NCBI GenBank assembly: GCA_003162245.1
Contig: PMMM01000196.1
Coordinates: forward strand, 8,900-72,899
Origin: Phycisphaerales bacterium
Lineage (GTDB): Bacteria; Planctomycetota; Phycisphaerae; UBA1845; Fen-1342
DNA: 64,000 bases
Direction of reading: 5' to 3'
Position 1 is the stretch's first letter. Each line of letters begins with the position of its first letter. This document shows, in pieces, positions 1 to 9,985 of the stretch. The notes under the pieces are model-generated. The model ran no database searches, had not been told where the DNA came from, and saw nothing but the letters and a program-made list of their open reading frames with translations. The position numbers and the translations under genes were made by a program.

Positions 1-381
1 TTGTACGACCGTGTGGGGCGCGAGCTGGCCTGTGCAGCGCCGCAAGCGTTGCCGGCCGCCTTCTGTGCGCTAGACATGTGTCTGACCCACGCGGTGTACC
101 TCGAGGCGCTCGGCGAGTACCTGGAGCAAGGCGGCCAGTCGCGCGGTTCGTACCTAGTGCTGGACCCGCGCGGCGAGCCTCTGGGCACAAAGCTCGACGA
201 GGAATGGCGCTGCCGGTTGGCGCAACCTGCCGACTTCGTGAGCCAAAAGATCCTGGAGGTCCACGTGACCCCAGATCGGCAGGTGCAGAAACGCTGGGTG
301 GACATCCGGCCGATCCCGGACGTGGATGGCTGGTTCGAGACCGTGTGGAACGACTACCGGCACGATCGGATTGTGCGCTAG
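1..381 (+). CDS. C-terminal fragment of a probable FAD-dependent oxidoreductase (SdhA/FrdA flavoprotein-like); 5' end outside window
   Basis: Open frame from the window edge; GGQSRGSYLV resembles the ESRG motif of the flavoprotein C-terminal domain; stop is 10 nt before the SDR gene. Confidence 0.55.
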   Translation: MYDRVGRELACAAPQALPAAFCALDMCLTHAVYLEALGEYLEQGGQSRGSYLVLDPRGEPLGTKLDEEWRCRLAQPADFVSQKILEVHVTPDRQVQKRWVDIRPIPDVDGWFETVWNDYRHDRIVR

Positions 382-391
382 GAGCAAGAGG

Positions 392-1177
392 ATGAATAGC
401 CGTGCGGTGGCCTTCGTGACCGGCGCCGGCCGCGGGATCGGACGTGGCATCGCACTCGCGCTGGCGCGCGACGGGTTCGATATCGTCGGCAACGACATTG
501 CGTACAACCCCGGCGAGCGAGCCACCGGCTTGGCCGAGGTGGAGGACCGTATCCGCGAACTGGGCATGGGTTTCCAGCCTGCGCCGGGGGACATCGCGAA
601 CTTGGATGCTCACGACCGTCTGCTCCAGACGGCGCTCCAGCGTTTCGCGCGTGTTGACGTGCTCGTCAACAACGCGGGCATCGCGCCGGAGGCGCGGCGC
701 GATGTGCTCGACACCACGCCCGAGAGCTTTGATCGCGTCCTGGCCGTGAACACGCGTGGCACGTTCTTCCTGACGCAGTGCTTCGCTCGGCAGATGCTTC
801 GCCAGCCGCACGGGCCGGTGTCGCCGGCGATTGTCTTCATCTCTTCGGTTTCGGCCGTGGTGTCGTCGCCGACGCGTGCGGAGTATTGCATCTCAAAGGC
901 GGCGCTCAGCCAGGCGGCGGCGGTGTTTGCCGACCGGCTCGCCGGGGCGGGAATCAACGTCTACGAAGTACGGCCGGGCATCATCGCGACCGACATGACG
1001 GCCGCGGTGAAGACGCAGTATGATGCCCGCATCGCGGCCGGGCTGGTGCCGCAGAAGCGCTGGGGACAGCCCGAGGACGTGGGTCGGGCGGTCGCGGCAC
1101 TGGCGCGCGGTGACTTTGGCTATGCCACCGGCCTGGTGATCGAGCTGAGTGGCGGCATGAACATCCGACATCTGTGA
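392..1177 (+). CDS. Short-chain dehydrogenase/reductase (3-ketoacyl-ACP reductase-like SDR)
   Basis: TGAGRGIG Rossmann motif, NNAG, catalytic YCISK, PGIIATDM; ATG at 392 follows AAGAGG. Confidence 0.92.
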   Translation: MNSRAVAFVTGAGRGIGRGIALALARDGFDIVGNDIAYNPGERATGLAEVEDRIRELGMGFQPAPGDIANLDAHDRLLQTALQRFARVDVLVNNAGIAPEARRDVLDTTPESFDRVLAVNTRGTFFLTQCFARQMLRQPHGPVSPAIVFISSVSAVVSSPTRAEYCISKAALSQAAAVFADRLAGAGINVYEVRPGIIATDMTAAVKTQYDARIAAGLVPQKRWGQPEDVGRAVAALARGDFGYATGLVIELSGGMNIRHL

Positions 1178-1200
1178 CCGGCGGGACAAGGAGGCACGGG

Positions 1201-2943
1201 GTGAACGAATCTCGGCAACTGTGGGAGCGGCTGCAGCAAAGCCGGCTCACAGCGCTGCTAACGCCGGCCAGTGTGGACGCTTGCGTGCGAGCGTACGAGT
1301 CGTTCGAGTCGACCGGCGTAGTCCTGGAGATCGCGTTGCGGACGGATGCGGCTTTGGACGGTATCGCCGCCGTTCGTCGCCGCTATCCGGACGCGTTGCT
1401 GCTCGCCGGCACGGTCCTCACCGCCGCGCAGGCGGAACGGGCCATCGCGGCGGGGGCGGCCGGCGTAGTCTCGCCGGACTATTTTCCCGCGGTCGTGCAA
1501 GCCTGTGTCGCGCACGACGTCATCTGCATCCCCGGCGGCCTCGGCGACGTCGGTAAGCAGCTCGTGCAGAAGGCGGACCTTTACGGTTGCACGCTGCCGG
1601 AGCTGCGAACACGCCACCCCTACCAGTGGGTGCACAAGCTCTTTCCCGTGACAGCGGGCGGCGCGCTGCTGATCGATGTCGCCGCCGCCTGGCAGGCGGT
1701 CTATCCCGACCTGGCAGTGGTCTACACGGGTGGCGTGAGGGCAGATCATCTGGCGGAGATCGTCCGGCGCGACCCGCGCGCGATCATCTGCGGCTCCGCA
1801 CTCACACGCCGGATCGACGACGTTGAGGCGCTGAAGGCAGAGACGCAACGTTGGCTCCGGATCATCCACGGTGGTGCGACGGAGCCCGCCCCGACGGCGG
1901 CTTCGCCGGCGGCCAGCGACCGAACAGCCGTGGTTACCTTCGGCGAAATCATGCTGCGCCTGACACCCCCGCACGGCCGGCGTCTCGGTCAGACCACCAG
2001 CTTTGAAGCGTCGTTCGGCGGGGCCGAGGCCAATGTCGCGGTCGCGCTCGCGCAGTGGGGTGTCGCAGCGCGGTTTGTCACCGCCGTCCCCGACCAGCCG
2101 CTCGGCCAAGCGGCTCTGAACGCCTTGCGCAGTCACGGCGTGAACACGCAGCATGTGTTGCGCCAGGGTACGCGCCTTGGGCTGTATTACCTCGAGGCCG
2201 GTGCCGCGCAGCGGCCGTCGCGGGTGATCTACGACCGGGCGCATTCGGCCATCGCCGAGCTGGAGCCCGGCCAGATCGATTGCGCGGCCGTTCTGAGTGG
2301 GGCTGACTGGTTGCACTGGTCCGGCATCACGCCTGCCCTCGGCGCTTCGGCCGCGGCCGCCACGCGCGAGGTTGTCCAAGCCGCCAAGCAGGCGGGCCTG
2401 ACCGTGAGCCTGGACCTGAACTACCGTGCGCAGCTCTGGTCGCCGGAGCGCGCGCGGGAGGTCTTGACGCCCCTGATGCAGTACGTCGACATCCTCCTGG
2501 GGAATGAGGACGACGCCGCGCAGGTCTTCGGCCTGAAGGCGGCGCGCACGGACGTGGCGGCCGGATCGCTTGACGCGGCGGCCTACTGTGGCGTGTGCGA
2601 GGAGCTGCTCAAGCGCTTCGGCCTGAAGCTGGTGGCCATCTCGCTGCGGGAGAGCTTGTCGGCCTCGGACAATCGCTGGTCAGCGTGCCTGCACGATGGG
2701 CACGAGTTCCATGTCAGCCGGTCGTATCCGATCCACGTCGTGGACCGGGTCGGCAGCGGCGACGCATTTGCGGCGGGGCTCATCTACGCGCTCCGCATCG
2801 GCCGCCGCCACCGGGACGCGCTCGAGTTCGCCGTCGCGGCCTCTTGCTTGAAGCACACGATTCCCGGAGATTTCAACCTCGTGTCGGCAGCGGAGGTCGA
2901 GGCCCTCGCGGCCGGAGCGGCCACCGGTCGGATTCAGCGTTGA
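1201..2943 (+). CDS. KHG/KDPG aldolase-like domain fused to a PfkB-family 2-keto-3-deoxygluconate kinase
   Basis: N-terminal half has LEIALRT, AGTVLT, VSP, HKLFP and YTGGV (Eda-like). C-terminal half has FGEIMLRL, GGAEANVA, DLNYRAQLW and DRVGSGDAFAAG (KdgK-like). GTG start follows GGAGG. Confidence 0.9.
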   Translation: MNESRQLWERLQQSRLTALLTPASVDACVRAYESFESTGVVLEIALRTDAALDGIAAVRRRYPDALLLAGTVLTAAQAERAIAAGAAGVVSPDYFPAVVQACVAHDVICIPGGLGDVGKQLVQKADLYGCTLPELRTRHPYQWVHKLFPVTAGGALLIDVAAAWQAVYPDLAVVYTGGVRADHLAEIVRRDPRAIICGSALTRRIDDVEALKAETQRWLRIIHGGATEPAPTAASPAASDRTAVVTFGEIMLRLTPPHGRRLGQTTSFEASFGGAEANVAVALAQWGVAARFVTAVPDQPLGQAALNALRSHGVNTQHVLRQGTRLGLYYLEAGAAQRPSRVIYDRAHSAIAELEPGQIDCAAVLSGADWLHWSGITPALGASAAAATREVVQAAKQAGLTVSLDLNYRAQLWSPERAREVLTPLMQYVDILLGNEDDAAQVFGLKAARTDVAAGSLDAAAYCGVCEELLKRFGLKLVAISLRESLSASDNRWSACLHDGHEFHVSRSYPIHVVDRVGSGDAFAAGLIYALRIGRRHRDALEFAVAASCLKHTIPGDFNLVSAAEVEALAAGAATGRIQR

Positions 2944-3025
2944 CGCAGGAGACCGGCACGGACGTGGACGGGCTCACGACGATGGACGACTGGGGCGGTC
3001 AGGGCGCATAGCAAAGGAGGCAGCG

Positions 3026-5134
3026 TTGCATATCTGCGGCCTGCACGTGCTCGATCTGGGCATCGTCATCCTCTACGTGGCGGCCATCATCTGGATCGGC
3101 AAGCGCGTCAGTCGGCGCACTAAGAACACGGAGGATTTCTACATTGCCGGCCGCAAGCTGGGCGGCTTCTACCAGTTCTTCCTCAACTTCGGGACATCGA
3201 CGAGCGCGGACCAGGCCGTCGCCGTCGCGCGCGAGACCTACCGCCAGGGCATCGGCGGAATGTGGATCCAGTTCCTGGTCTTGTTTCTGACGCCTTTCTA
3301 CTGGTTCACCACGCTGCTGTTCCGCCGCTGCCGGCTGATCACCATCGGCGACTTCTTTGCCGAGCGTTTCGGCAGCCGCTTCCTCGCCGCCGCCTTTGCC
3401 GTGTTCACGCTGACCATGGCCTTCATCGGCAGCGGCGTGAGCTACATGATTGCCGGCAAGATGGTGCTGGCGCTCACGCCCAAGCCGGAGAGCGCCTACA
3501 CGGAATCCGAGCGGACGGCGGTCGCCAGGTTTCGCGAATACCAGCAACTCAAGGCGGAGCTGCCCCGGGGGCTCTCGCCGGAGCGTCAGGCACGTTACGA
3601 GGAGCTCAGCGATCGGGCCAAACGTGGCGAGCTGTTGTCGTTCGCATCGTACATCGATCGGCGCATCATCTACATCGCGTACGCCCTGGTCGTGGCCACC
3701 TACATCGGACTCGGTGGTTTCTCGGCGGCGGCGATCGCCGATGCGCTGCAGGGCTTCCTGATCCTGATCTTCTCGATCGCGCTGATCCCGCTCGGGCTAA
3801 GCCGGATCGGCGGTTTCGCGGGCCTGCACGCCGCGGTGCCGGACTACATGTTCCGCGTATTCGGATCGGCGGCCACCAGCGAGTACGCCTGGTACACCAT
3901 CGTTGGCATGTCGCTCGCCAACTTGGTTTCGATCGTTGCCGCCGCGCCGATGATGGCGACGGCCGGCTCGGCGAAAGACGAGATGACGGCCCGCGTGGGC
4001 ATGCTGGGCGGTATGTTCTGCAAGCGCGTCATCATGTTGTTCTGGGCTTTGGCGGGCCTGCTGGCGGTCGGCCTTTACGCGGGTCAGATTCATGACGCGG
4101 ACCTCGTCTGGGGCTACATGACCCGCGACCTGCTGTTCCCGGGCGGGATCGGGCTCATGCTCACCGGCGTGCTGGCGGCGAGCATGTCGGCGCTCGGCGC
4201 GCAGGCCGTCACCAACTCCGCTTTGTTCGTGCGCAACCTGTATCAGCCGCTGGCGCCCGGCCGATCTGAAGGGCATTACATCGCCGTCAGTCGCGCGGTG
4301 ATCGCGGCCATTCTGCTCGGCGGCATCGTGACCGCGCTATACGCCGACAACCTGCTCAATCTGTTCAAGTACTTCATCTCCGTGCCGGCCGTGTTCGGCG
4401 CGGCGATTTGGCTTGGCTTCACTTGGCGCCGCGTGACCAGGTGGGCCGCCATCATTCAGGTATTCGTTTGCTTCACGCTGTACGCGATCATTCCCAACCT
4501 GTTTCCCGCGGTGGACGGCATTCGGCGAAACCCGGCGTTCCTCCGCGAGACCAAGTCGCGGACGATCACGGTCGCCACGGCCGCGCTGACCGAAGATGTC
4601 GCCGCTGGACGAGCCGACCGCGTGGGCCAGACCATCCGCAAGCCGCACTTGCTGGAGCCGGCCGGGATCTTCTTTGAGGACGTGGTCCGGGCCGATCCAA
4701 CCGACCCGCAGTCGCCCAAGGTCGGCCGCGGCCGTTTCCAAGCGGAAATCTGGCTCTTGTCCTGGTTCGGGCTCGATTTCGGCGGGTGCAGCAAGGCGCA
4801 GCTCGTGGCGATCCGCTTTTTCGTGGACGCCCTGCTGCCATTTGTGCTGCTCTTTGCCCTAAGCACGTTGACGCAGCCGGTCCGCACGCCGGACCTGGAC
4901 CGCTTCTTTGGCAAGCTGCACACGCCCGTCCAGCCGACGCCGGCGGCCGAACAGGCGGCCCTGGCGCAAGCCGCCGCGCAGCCCGATCTCTATAAACACC
5001 AGAAGTTGTGGCCACGATCGGGTTGGGAAATCCTGAAACCGTCGTGGCTGGATGTGGCCGGTTTCGGCGGAAGCTGGGTCTTGGTAGGCGGCGTGCTGCT
5101 TCTGCTGTGGCTGCTCGTGACCATTGGCACATGA
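3026..5134 (+). CDS. Sodium:solute symporter (SSS) family transporter
   Basis: EDFYIAGRKLG, many TM segments, GLMLTGVLAASMS; TTG start follows AAGGAGG. Confidence 0.9.
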   Translation: MHICGLHVLDLGIVILYVAAIIWIGKRVSRRTKNTEDFYIAGRKLGGFYQFFLNFGTSTSADQAVAVARETYRQGIGGMWIQFLVLFLTPFYWFTTLLFRRCRLITIGDFFAERFGSRFLAAAFAVFTLTMAFIGSGVSYMIAGKMVLALTPKPESAYTESERTAVARFREYQQLKAELPRGLSPERQARYEELSDRAKRGELLSFASYIDRRIIYIAYALVVATYIGLGGFSAAAIADALQGFLILIFSIALIPLGLSRIGGFAGLHAAVPDYMFRVFGSAATSEYAWYTIVGMSLANLVSIVAAAPMMATAGSAKDEMTARVGMLGGMFCKRVIMLFWALAGLLAVGLYAGQIHDADLVWGYMTRDLLFPGGIGLMLTGVLAASMSALGAQAVTNSALFVRNLYQPLAPGRSEGHYIAVSRAVIAAILLGGIVTALYADNLLNLFKYFISVPAVFGAAIWLGFTWRRVTRWAAIIQVFVCFTLYAIIPNLFPAVDGIRRNPAFLRETKSRTITVATAALTEDVAAGRADRVGQTIRKPHLLEPAGIFFEDVVRADPTDPQSPKVGRGRFQAEIWLLSWFGLDFGGCSKAQLVAIRFFVDALLPFVLLFALSTLTQPVRTPDLDRFFGKLHTPVQPTPAAEQAALAQAAAQPDLYKHQKLWPRSGWEILKPSWLDVAGFGGSWVLVGGVLLLLWLLVTIGT

Positions 5135-5156
5135 CCGGCGGGGACGGAGCGAGGCC

Positions 5157-6467
5157 ATGTCGAACACAGAACTGCGCGATCGGCGCCGCTTCCTACACGA
5201 ATGCGCCGGCGTGGTCGCCGCGACGGCAGTCGCCGGCATCTCTGGCTGCGCGTCGCCGTCCGGCTCGAATGACTGGACCAACCTCGCTCGGGCCCGTGAT
5301 GGTCGTGACGACGATAGACTCTGGCGGCTCGTCCGACAGCAGTTTGCTCTGACGCCAGGCTATGCCTATTTCAACGCCGGGGGCCTCGGGCCGTCGCCAC
5401 GACCGGTCACGGATGCGTGGGTGCGCGAATCCGCCGATCTGGAGCGCCTCTGCGAGACCGGACACGAACGCATCCAGGCGGTCCGCCGCAAGTTGAGCGA
5501 GTTTCTGGGCTGTGCCGAGGACGAACTGGCGATCACACGCAACGCCACGGAAGGCATGAACCTCGTCGCGCGGGGCCTGGCGCTCCACGCCGGCGACGAA
5601 GTACTGATCACCACCCACGAGCACCCGGGCGGCGCTATACCGTGGTTGGCGTTAGAGAAAGACAGCGGCATTCGCGTGAATCTCGTCGAGCCGGGCGACG
5701 GAGCCGAGGACACGCTGAACCGCGTCGCCGCGGCGATCACGCCGCGCACCCGCGTGGTGGCGGTCAGTCATATCCTCTGCACGACCGGCCTGCGTCTGCC
5801 CGCGCGCGAGATCGTGCGACTCTGCCGGGATAGGGGGGTCATTCCCGTGCTGGACGGCGCGCAGGCCGTCGGCATGATTCCCGTGAACCTGCATGATCTT
5901 GGCTGCGATTTCTACGTGGCGTCCGGGCACAAGTGGCTGCTCGGACCCAAGGGCACGGGACTGCTGTATATCCGCGCGGAGGCCCGCGACCTTTGGCGCC
6001 CGACACACGTGGGGGCCTGGTCCGATCAACGGTACGACCTCGACGAGCGCGTGCTCGAATTCCGTCGCGCGGCCGAGGTCGTCGAGTGCGGCACGCGCAA
6101 CACGGCGTTGGTTGCCGGACTGGGCGCGGCCGTCGACTTCCTGAGTACGCTCGGCATGGAACGTGTCGCCCGCCGGGGCCGCGTGCTGGCGCTGTATGTC
6201 AGGCAGCGGCTGCACGACGTGCCGGCACTCCAGATGTTGACGCCGAGCGACGAGGCCTCATCCGCCTCGATCGTCACGTTTGCGGCGGAAGATGAGGCCG
6301 TCGACGTCAGGACTTGGGCTCAGCCGCTGCAACAGCGTTTCAACGTGCGCGTGCGCCCCGTGGGTGAACACGGGTTGAAGGCGTTGCGCGTATGTACGCA
6401 TATCTGCAATACGCGCGCGGAAATCGATCGGCTGGTGGCCGCCTTATCCGAAATGTCCGCCGCGTGA
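5157..6467 (+). CDS. Class V PLP-dependent aminotransferase/lyase (isopenicillin-N epimerase/cysteine desulfurase-like) with Tat-type signal
   Basis: RRRFLHECAG N-terminus; NATEG, HEHPGG, DGAQAVG; PLP lysine in SGHKWLLGPKGTG. Confidence 0.88.
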   Translation: MSNTELRDRRRFLHECAGVVAATAVAGISGCASPSGSNDWTNLARARDGRDDDRLWRLVRQQFALTPGYAYFNAGGLGPSPRPVTDAWVRESADLERLCETGHERIQAVRRKLSEFLGCAEDELAITRNATEGMNLVARGLALHAGDEVLITTHEHPGGAIPWLALEKDSGIRVNLVEPGDGAEDTLNRVAAAITPRTRVVAVSHILCTTGLRLPAREIVRLCRDRGVIPVLDGAQAVGMIPVNLHDLGCDFYVASGHKWLLGPKGTGLLYIRAEARDLWRPTHVGAWSDQRYDLDERVLEFRRAAEVVECGTRNTALVAGLGAAVDFLSTLGMERVARRGRVLALYVRQRLHDVPALQMLTPSDEASSASIVTFAAEDEAVDVRTWAQPLQQRFNVRVRPVGEHGLKALRVCTHICNTRAEIDRLVAALSEMSAA

Positions 6468-6500
6468 CCGTCGGCCTCTGGCAACAAGCGAGGTGTATCC

Positions 6501-8774
6501 ATGAGCCGTCGTAACCATTGGGCCGTACTCGTGGCGTGTGGTGTCGCCCTGACGACGCACGCCGAGCCGCGTCAGGCGTACCTTGATCTCGCCAAGTCCG
6601 TCTACAGCGAGGGACGAGAGACCTGTCGCGAAGAAGTGGAAAAATGGCTCAAGGAATGGAAACCCCAGAAGGAGTCGGGCTACGCACCCCCGGCGGCCCC
6701 GGTGTGGCTGTCCGGTCTGGCCGGCGCGCTGTACGACCTGACGGAGAATGAGGAATACGCCGAGGAGGCCGCCTCCTGGATGGCGGAGCATCACCGCTTC
6801 AAGAGCAACTACCCCGCGTCCATGCTCCAGGAACGGGCCGAGTACGCCGAGGGCCTGCCGACGCTGACGAATTTCTTCCATTTGCCCGTGTTCGCGCAGG
6901 CGTATCTGCACATCAGAAACAGCCCCGCGGTCACGGCCGAGCGTCGCGCGCAGATCGAGGCGAGTATCGCGGAAAGTGCGGACTTCATCCGCAACGATCC
7001 CGAATGGGGGCCGATGAACCGTACGATTCTGCGGGCCCAGGCGCTGGCCTTGGCGGCCAAGGCCGTGCCGGATCATCCTCACGCTGCGGCCTGGCGAAAG
7101 CTGGCGGCCGTGCTCGCGCGTGACAGTTGGGCCCAGTGGGAGGAGGAGGATGCCGAGATCTACCACCCGGTCTGGCTCCTGGCACTGATCCAATACGCCG
7201 ATGCGGTCGACGACTCCAGTCTTTTCACTCAGCACACGGTACGCTACTACAGCGACTACTTCCTGCATCTGCTGTCGCCCGCGGGCATGGTCCCGGATTT
7301 CGGCGACGCACGCTGGAACGAGAACTGGTCCCTCTACGTCGCCTGCCTCGAGCGGGCCGCACGGGAGTACCACAATCCGCAACTCAAGTGGGGCGCGGCG
7401 CGCATCTTCACGGCGATGACCAAGGAGTACGGTTCCCAGATTGGTTTGCCGGCCGGCCTGACGCTGATGTACGCCTACCGCTGGGCCGACGACGACCTGG
7501 CGCCCGAAGCACCCACGGCGCGCAGCGAGGAAGTCCTCGAAGAGCTGATTGGTAAGAAGATCGTCTTTCGCACCGGCTGGGACCCCGAGTCCACGTATCT
7601 GCTGCTCAACTACCGCGACGAAGGCCTGTTTGCGCGCACGCCCCGCGACTTTCTGCGTCAGACGATTCTCGCCGAGGAAGAGCGCATGCACCATGCCCAC
7701 TCGGACGAGAACGGCATTTGCCTGCTCATGGACAAGGGCGCGGTGCTGCTCCATGACGCCGGTTATCGCGACAAGATGCCCTCGGGGCCGTACGGCGCCT
7801 ATCGCGCCGACTACTTCCACAATCGTCTGGTCGCCCGCAAGAACGCGCGCGACCGCGACCAGCCGCTCTATGAGTTTCTGCGCAACTCCGGGGCCTACAA
7901 CCAAACCACAACGGAGAAGCTGGACTTCTTCGTGTTCCCGGCCGTGGAGATGAGCCGCACTCGGCTGAACGATCCGCGCACTGGCTACACCGCCGATCGC
8001 GTGATCGTGTATCTGAAGCAGAACGACATCTTCCTGGTGTTTGACTGCGTGAAGATCCTGAGTACTGACTTCTACACGTTCGCGACCCTGTGGCACGGAA
8101 CCACGGTGCGCGAGCTTAGCCCCCAGCACTACGTGACGTCCGTGGACGCCATCGGGGCTTACCGCCCGGCGCAAACGCAGGCGCTGCTGATCGACTTCCT
8201 GGTGGCCGATGGACGCCCCACCGGGACATTCCCCATCAAACGCTACTGGCAGGACGAAACTGCCGTCTACCAGGCGATTTCCAGCCAGTACCAGGCCGGT
8301 CACACGGAGACGTTTGTGACCGCGCTCGTGCCGCATCCGCGCGGCGCGGACGTGCAGCCCCTGCTCGACTCGATTCAACTGCTCGACGTGGACAAGCCAC
8401 GCAACGGCGTCGGCGTCGCGGTGAAGCAGGGAAACGACGTGCAGTACATCTGCGTCAAGGTCGACCTGGACATGGATGTCGTTCCGGAGGACGTCCGGCC
8501 ACGGTACACGTTCGACGCGGGACGCATCAAGTATGGCCCAGTGGAAACGGACGCGAGCTTCCTGTACGCGCGGCGCTCCGGCGACACGCTGTCCTACGCA
8601 GCCACCAACATGGTGAAGGTGGTCTACGATGGCCGGGTCGTGTTCGCCGCGCGCCCGGCCACGTTCCCCCTGCAGGCGCACGGTCCGTCCACACGCTGTG
8701 CGCCGCTCAAGTGGCGCTCCTGGGAGGACACGCTCGACCTGCGTCAGCTCGAAACCGCGCCGTGCTGGCCCTGA
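6501..8774 (+). CDS. Secreted protein, heparinase II/III-like (alpha-toroid plus beta-sandwich) candidate polysaccharide lyase
   Basis: Signal peptide; PDFGD; FRTGW; HHAHSDEN resembles the HxHxD motif; LHDAGY; HN motif. Confidence 0.55.
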   Translation: MSRRNHWAVLVACGVALTTHAEPRQAYLDLAKSVYSEGRETCREEVEKWLKEWKPQKESGYAPPAAPVWLSGLAGALYDLTENEEYAEEAASWMAEHHRFKSNYPASMLQERAEYAEGLPTLTNFFHLPVFAQAYLHIRNSPAVTAERRAQIEASIAESADFIRNDPEWGPMNRTILRAQALALAAKAVPDHPHAAAWRKLAAVLARDSWAQWEEEDAEIYHPVWLLALIQYADAVDDSSLFTQHTVRYYSDYFLHLLSPAGMVPDFGDARWNENWSLYVACLERAAREYHNPQLKWGAARIFTAMTKEYGSQIGLPAGLTLMYAYRWADDDLAPEAPTARSEEVLEELIGKKIVFRTGWDPESTYLLLNYRDEGLFARTPRDFLRQTILAEEERMHHAHSDENGICLLMDKGAVLLHDAGYRDKMPSGPYGAYRADYFHNRLVARKNARDRDQPLYEFLRNSGAYNQTTTEKLDFFVFPAVEMSRTRLNDPRTGYTADRVIVYLKQNDIFLVFDCVKILSTDFYTFATLWHGTTVRELSPQHYVTSVDAIGAYRPAQTQALLIDFLVADGRPTGTFPIKRYWQDETAVYQAISSQYQAGHTETFVTALVPHPRGADVQPLLDSIQLLDVDKPRNGVGVAVKQGNDVQYICVKVDLDMDVVPEDVRPRYTFDAGRIKYGPVETDASFLYARRSGDTLSYAATNMVKVVYDGRVVFAARPATFPLQAHGPSTRCAPLKWRSWEDTLDLRQLETAPCWP

Positions 8775-9985
8775 GCGCCGCTGGGAAAGTACTTGTAGCC
8801 ACGCAGATCGACACGCCGTCCTGCGCGGGCCCAGCCCACGCCTGCCTCGCTGGGCAGCCGGCCCGCGGCGTAACACTGCCGCAGCGTCTCGCCCAGCCCC
8901 GCCACCCAAGTCAGGCGCCGCGGCGACTCGCCTTGCACGTGGACCAGCTCGCGGGGGAAATCGACAGGGGCGCCGGCGGAGTCCTGTGCGCCATTGGCGC
9001 ATAGGGTTTGCGACCGCGCTGCTTCCAGCCCGCAGGGTATCGTCCCGTGCCCGGACAAAGCGGCGAGGCAGGTCCACAGCTTGGTGACCTGCGGCTCATC
9101 GTTCGGCCCACCGTAGTTGCGACGCGACCCGTCGCTCAGCCGCGCGACGATCGGGCTTTGGCCGGTCGTGTGCGTCACAGTGGCCTGCTCGAACTCAAAG
9201 CAGAACTCCGGACCGCTGTCTTCGGCCACGGCGTGCGATCCGTAGAAGAGAATTTCGGCGCCGCCCTCGGTATGCACACGCAGCGCAGCGGTATCGAAAT
9301 TCTCAATGTCGTTCGCGCGGTGAAGCTCCGCGACGACGTCCACTGGCTGGGCACTGGCATCGACCCGCGGGCCGAGCAAGTAGAGCATGTTGTGCAGGTC
9401 GTGCGCCATGGCGTTGTTGGCCGGGCTGTCCAGGACCCACGTGCCACGCGCGTCGCGCTGCCGGCCCGCCCAGTTGTTGCGCTGGTAGTAGATTTCGTCG
9501 CGCGGCCACAGGCACAGGCTTCTCAGCCGCCTGGGAGCGCCGAAGTGTCCGGCCAGAATGTCCTGCTTGAGCCGCTGAATGGGCGTCGAGAACGACCACT
9601 GATAGCCGACGGCCACCTGCTTGCCGGCCCGGTCACGCGCGCGGATCATGCGGTCCACGTCCTGCACGGTGGCCGCGACCGGCTTTTCGCACAACACGTG
9701 ACTGCCATGCGACAGCGCCAGGCAGGTCTGCGAGCAATGGCGGTGTATCGGCGACGAAAGGACGGCCAGCTCGGCGGCCCTGGACCGGTAGAACTGCTGC
9801 AAGGACCTGTAGATCGGCACGCCGCGCGCCTGTAGCTCGGCCAATCGCGCGCAGTTCTGCGGCGCCGGGTCCACGCCGGCGACCAGCCGAAAACGCGCGT
9901 CATCGCGTTGGTCCAGCAGCGCCGCCAGGTACACTTGTCCGTAGCCGCCGAGGCCGGCCAGCACAATCGAAATCGGTTCAGGCAT
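8744..9985 (-). CDS. Gfo/Idh/MocA family oxidoreductase
   Basis: GLGGYG, HVLCEKP, VGYQW. Confidence 0.9.
   Translation of the reverse strand: MPEPISIVLAGLGGYGQVYLAALLDQRDDARFRLVAGVDPAPQNCARLAELQARGVPIYRSLQQFYRSRAAELAVLSSPIHRHCSQTCLALSHGSHVLCEKPVAATVQDVDRMIRARDRAGKQVAVGYQWSFSTPIQRLKQDILAGHFGAPRRLRSLCLWPRDEIYYQRNNWAGRQRDARGTWVLDSPANNAMAHDLHNMLYLLGPRVDASAQPVDVVAELHRANDIENFDTAALRVHTEGGAEILFYGSHAVAEDSGPEFCFEFEQATVTHTTGQSPIVARLSDGSRRNYGGPNDEPQVTKLWTCLAALSGHGTIPCGLEAARSQTLCANGAQDSAGAPVDFPRELVHVQGESPRRLTWVAGLGETLRQCYAAGRLPSEAGVGWARAGRRVDLRGYKYFPSGAQGQHGAVSS

Noticed and set aside
6444..9077. 877-aa minus-strand ORF (similarly 26335-28443, 38047-39954, 42699-44453, 45926-47506, 54406-56142)
   Set aside because: Antisense shadows of well-supported genes; expected at high GC3; no motifs
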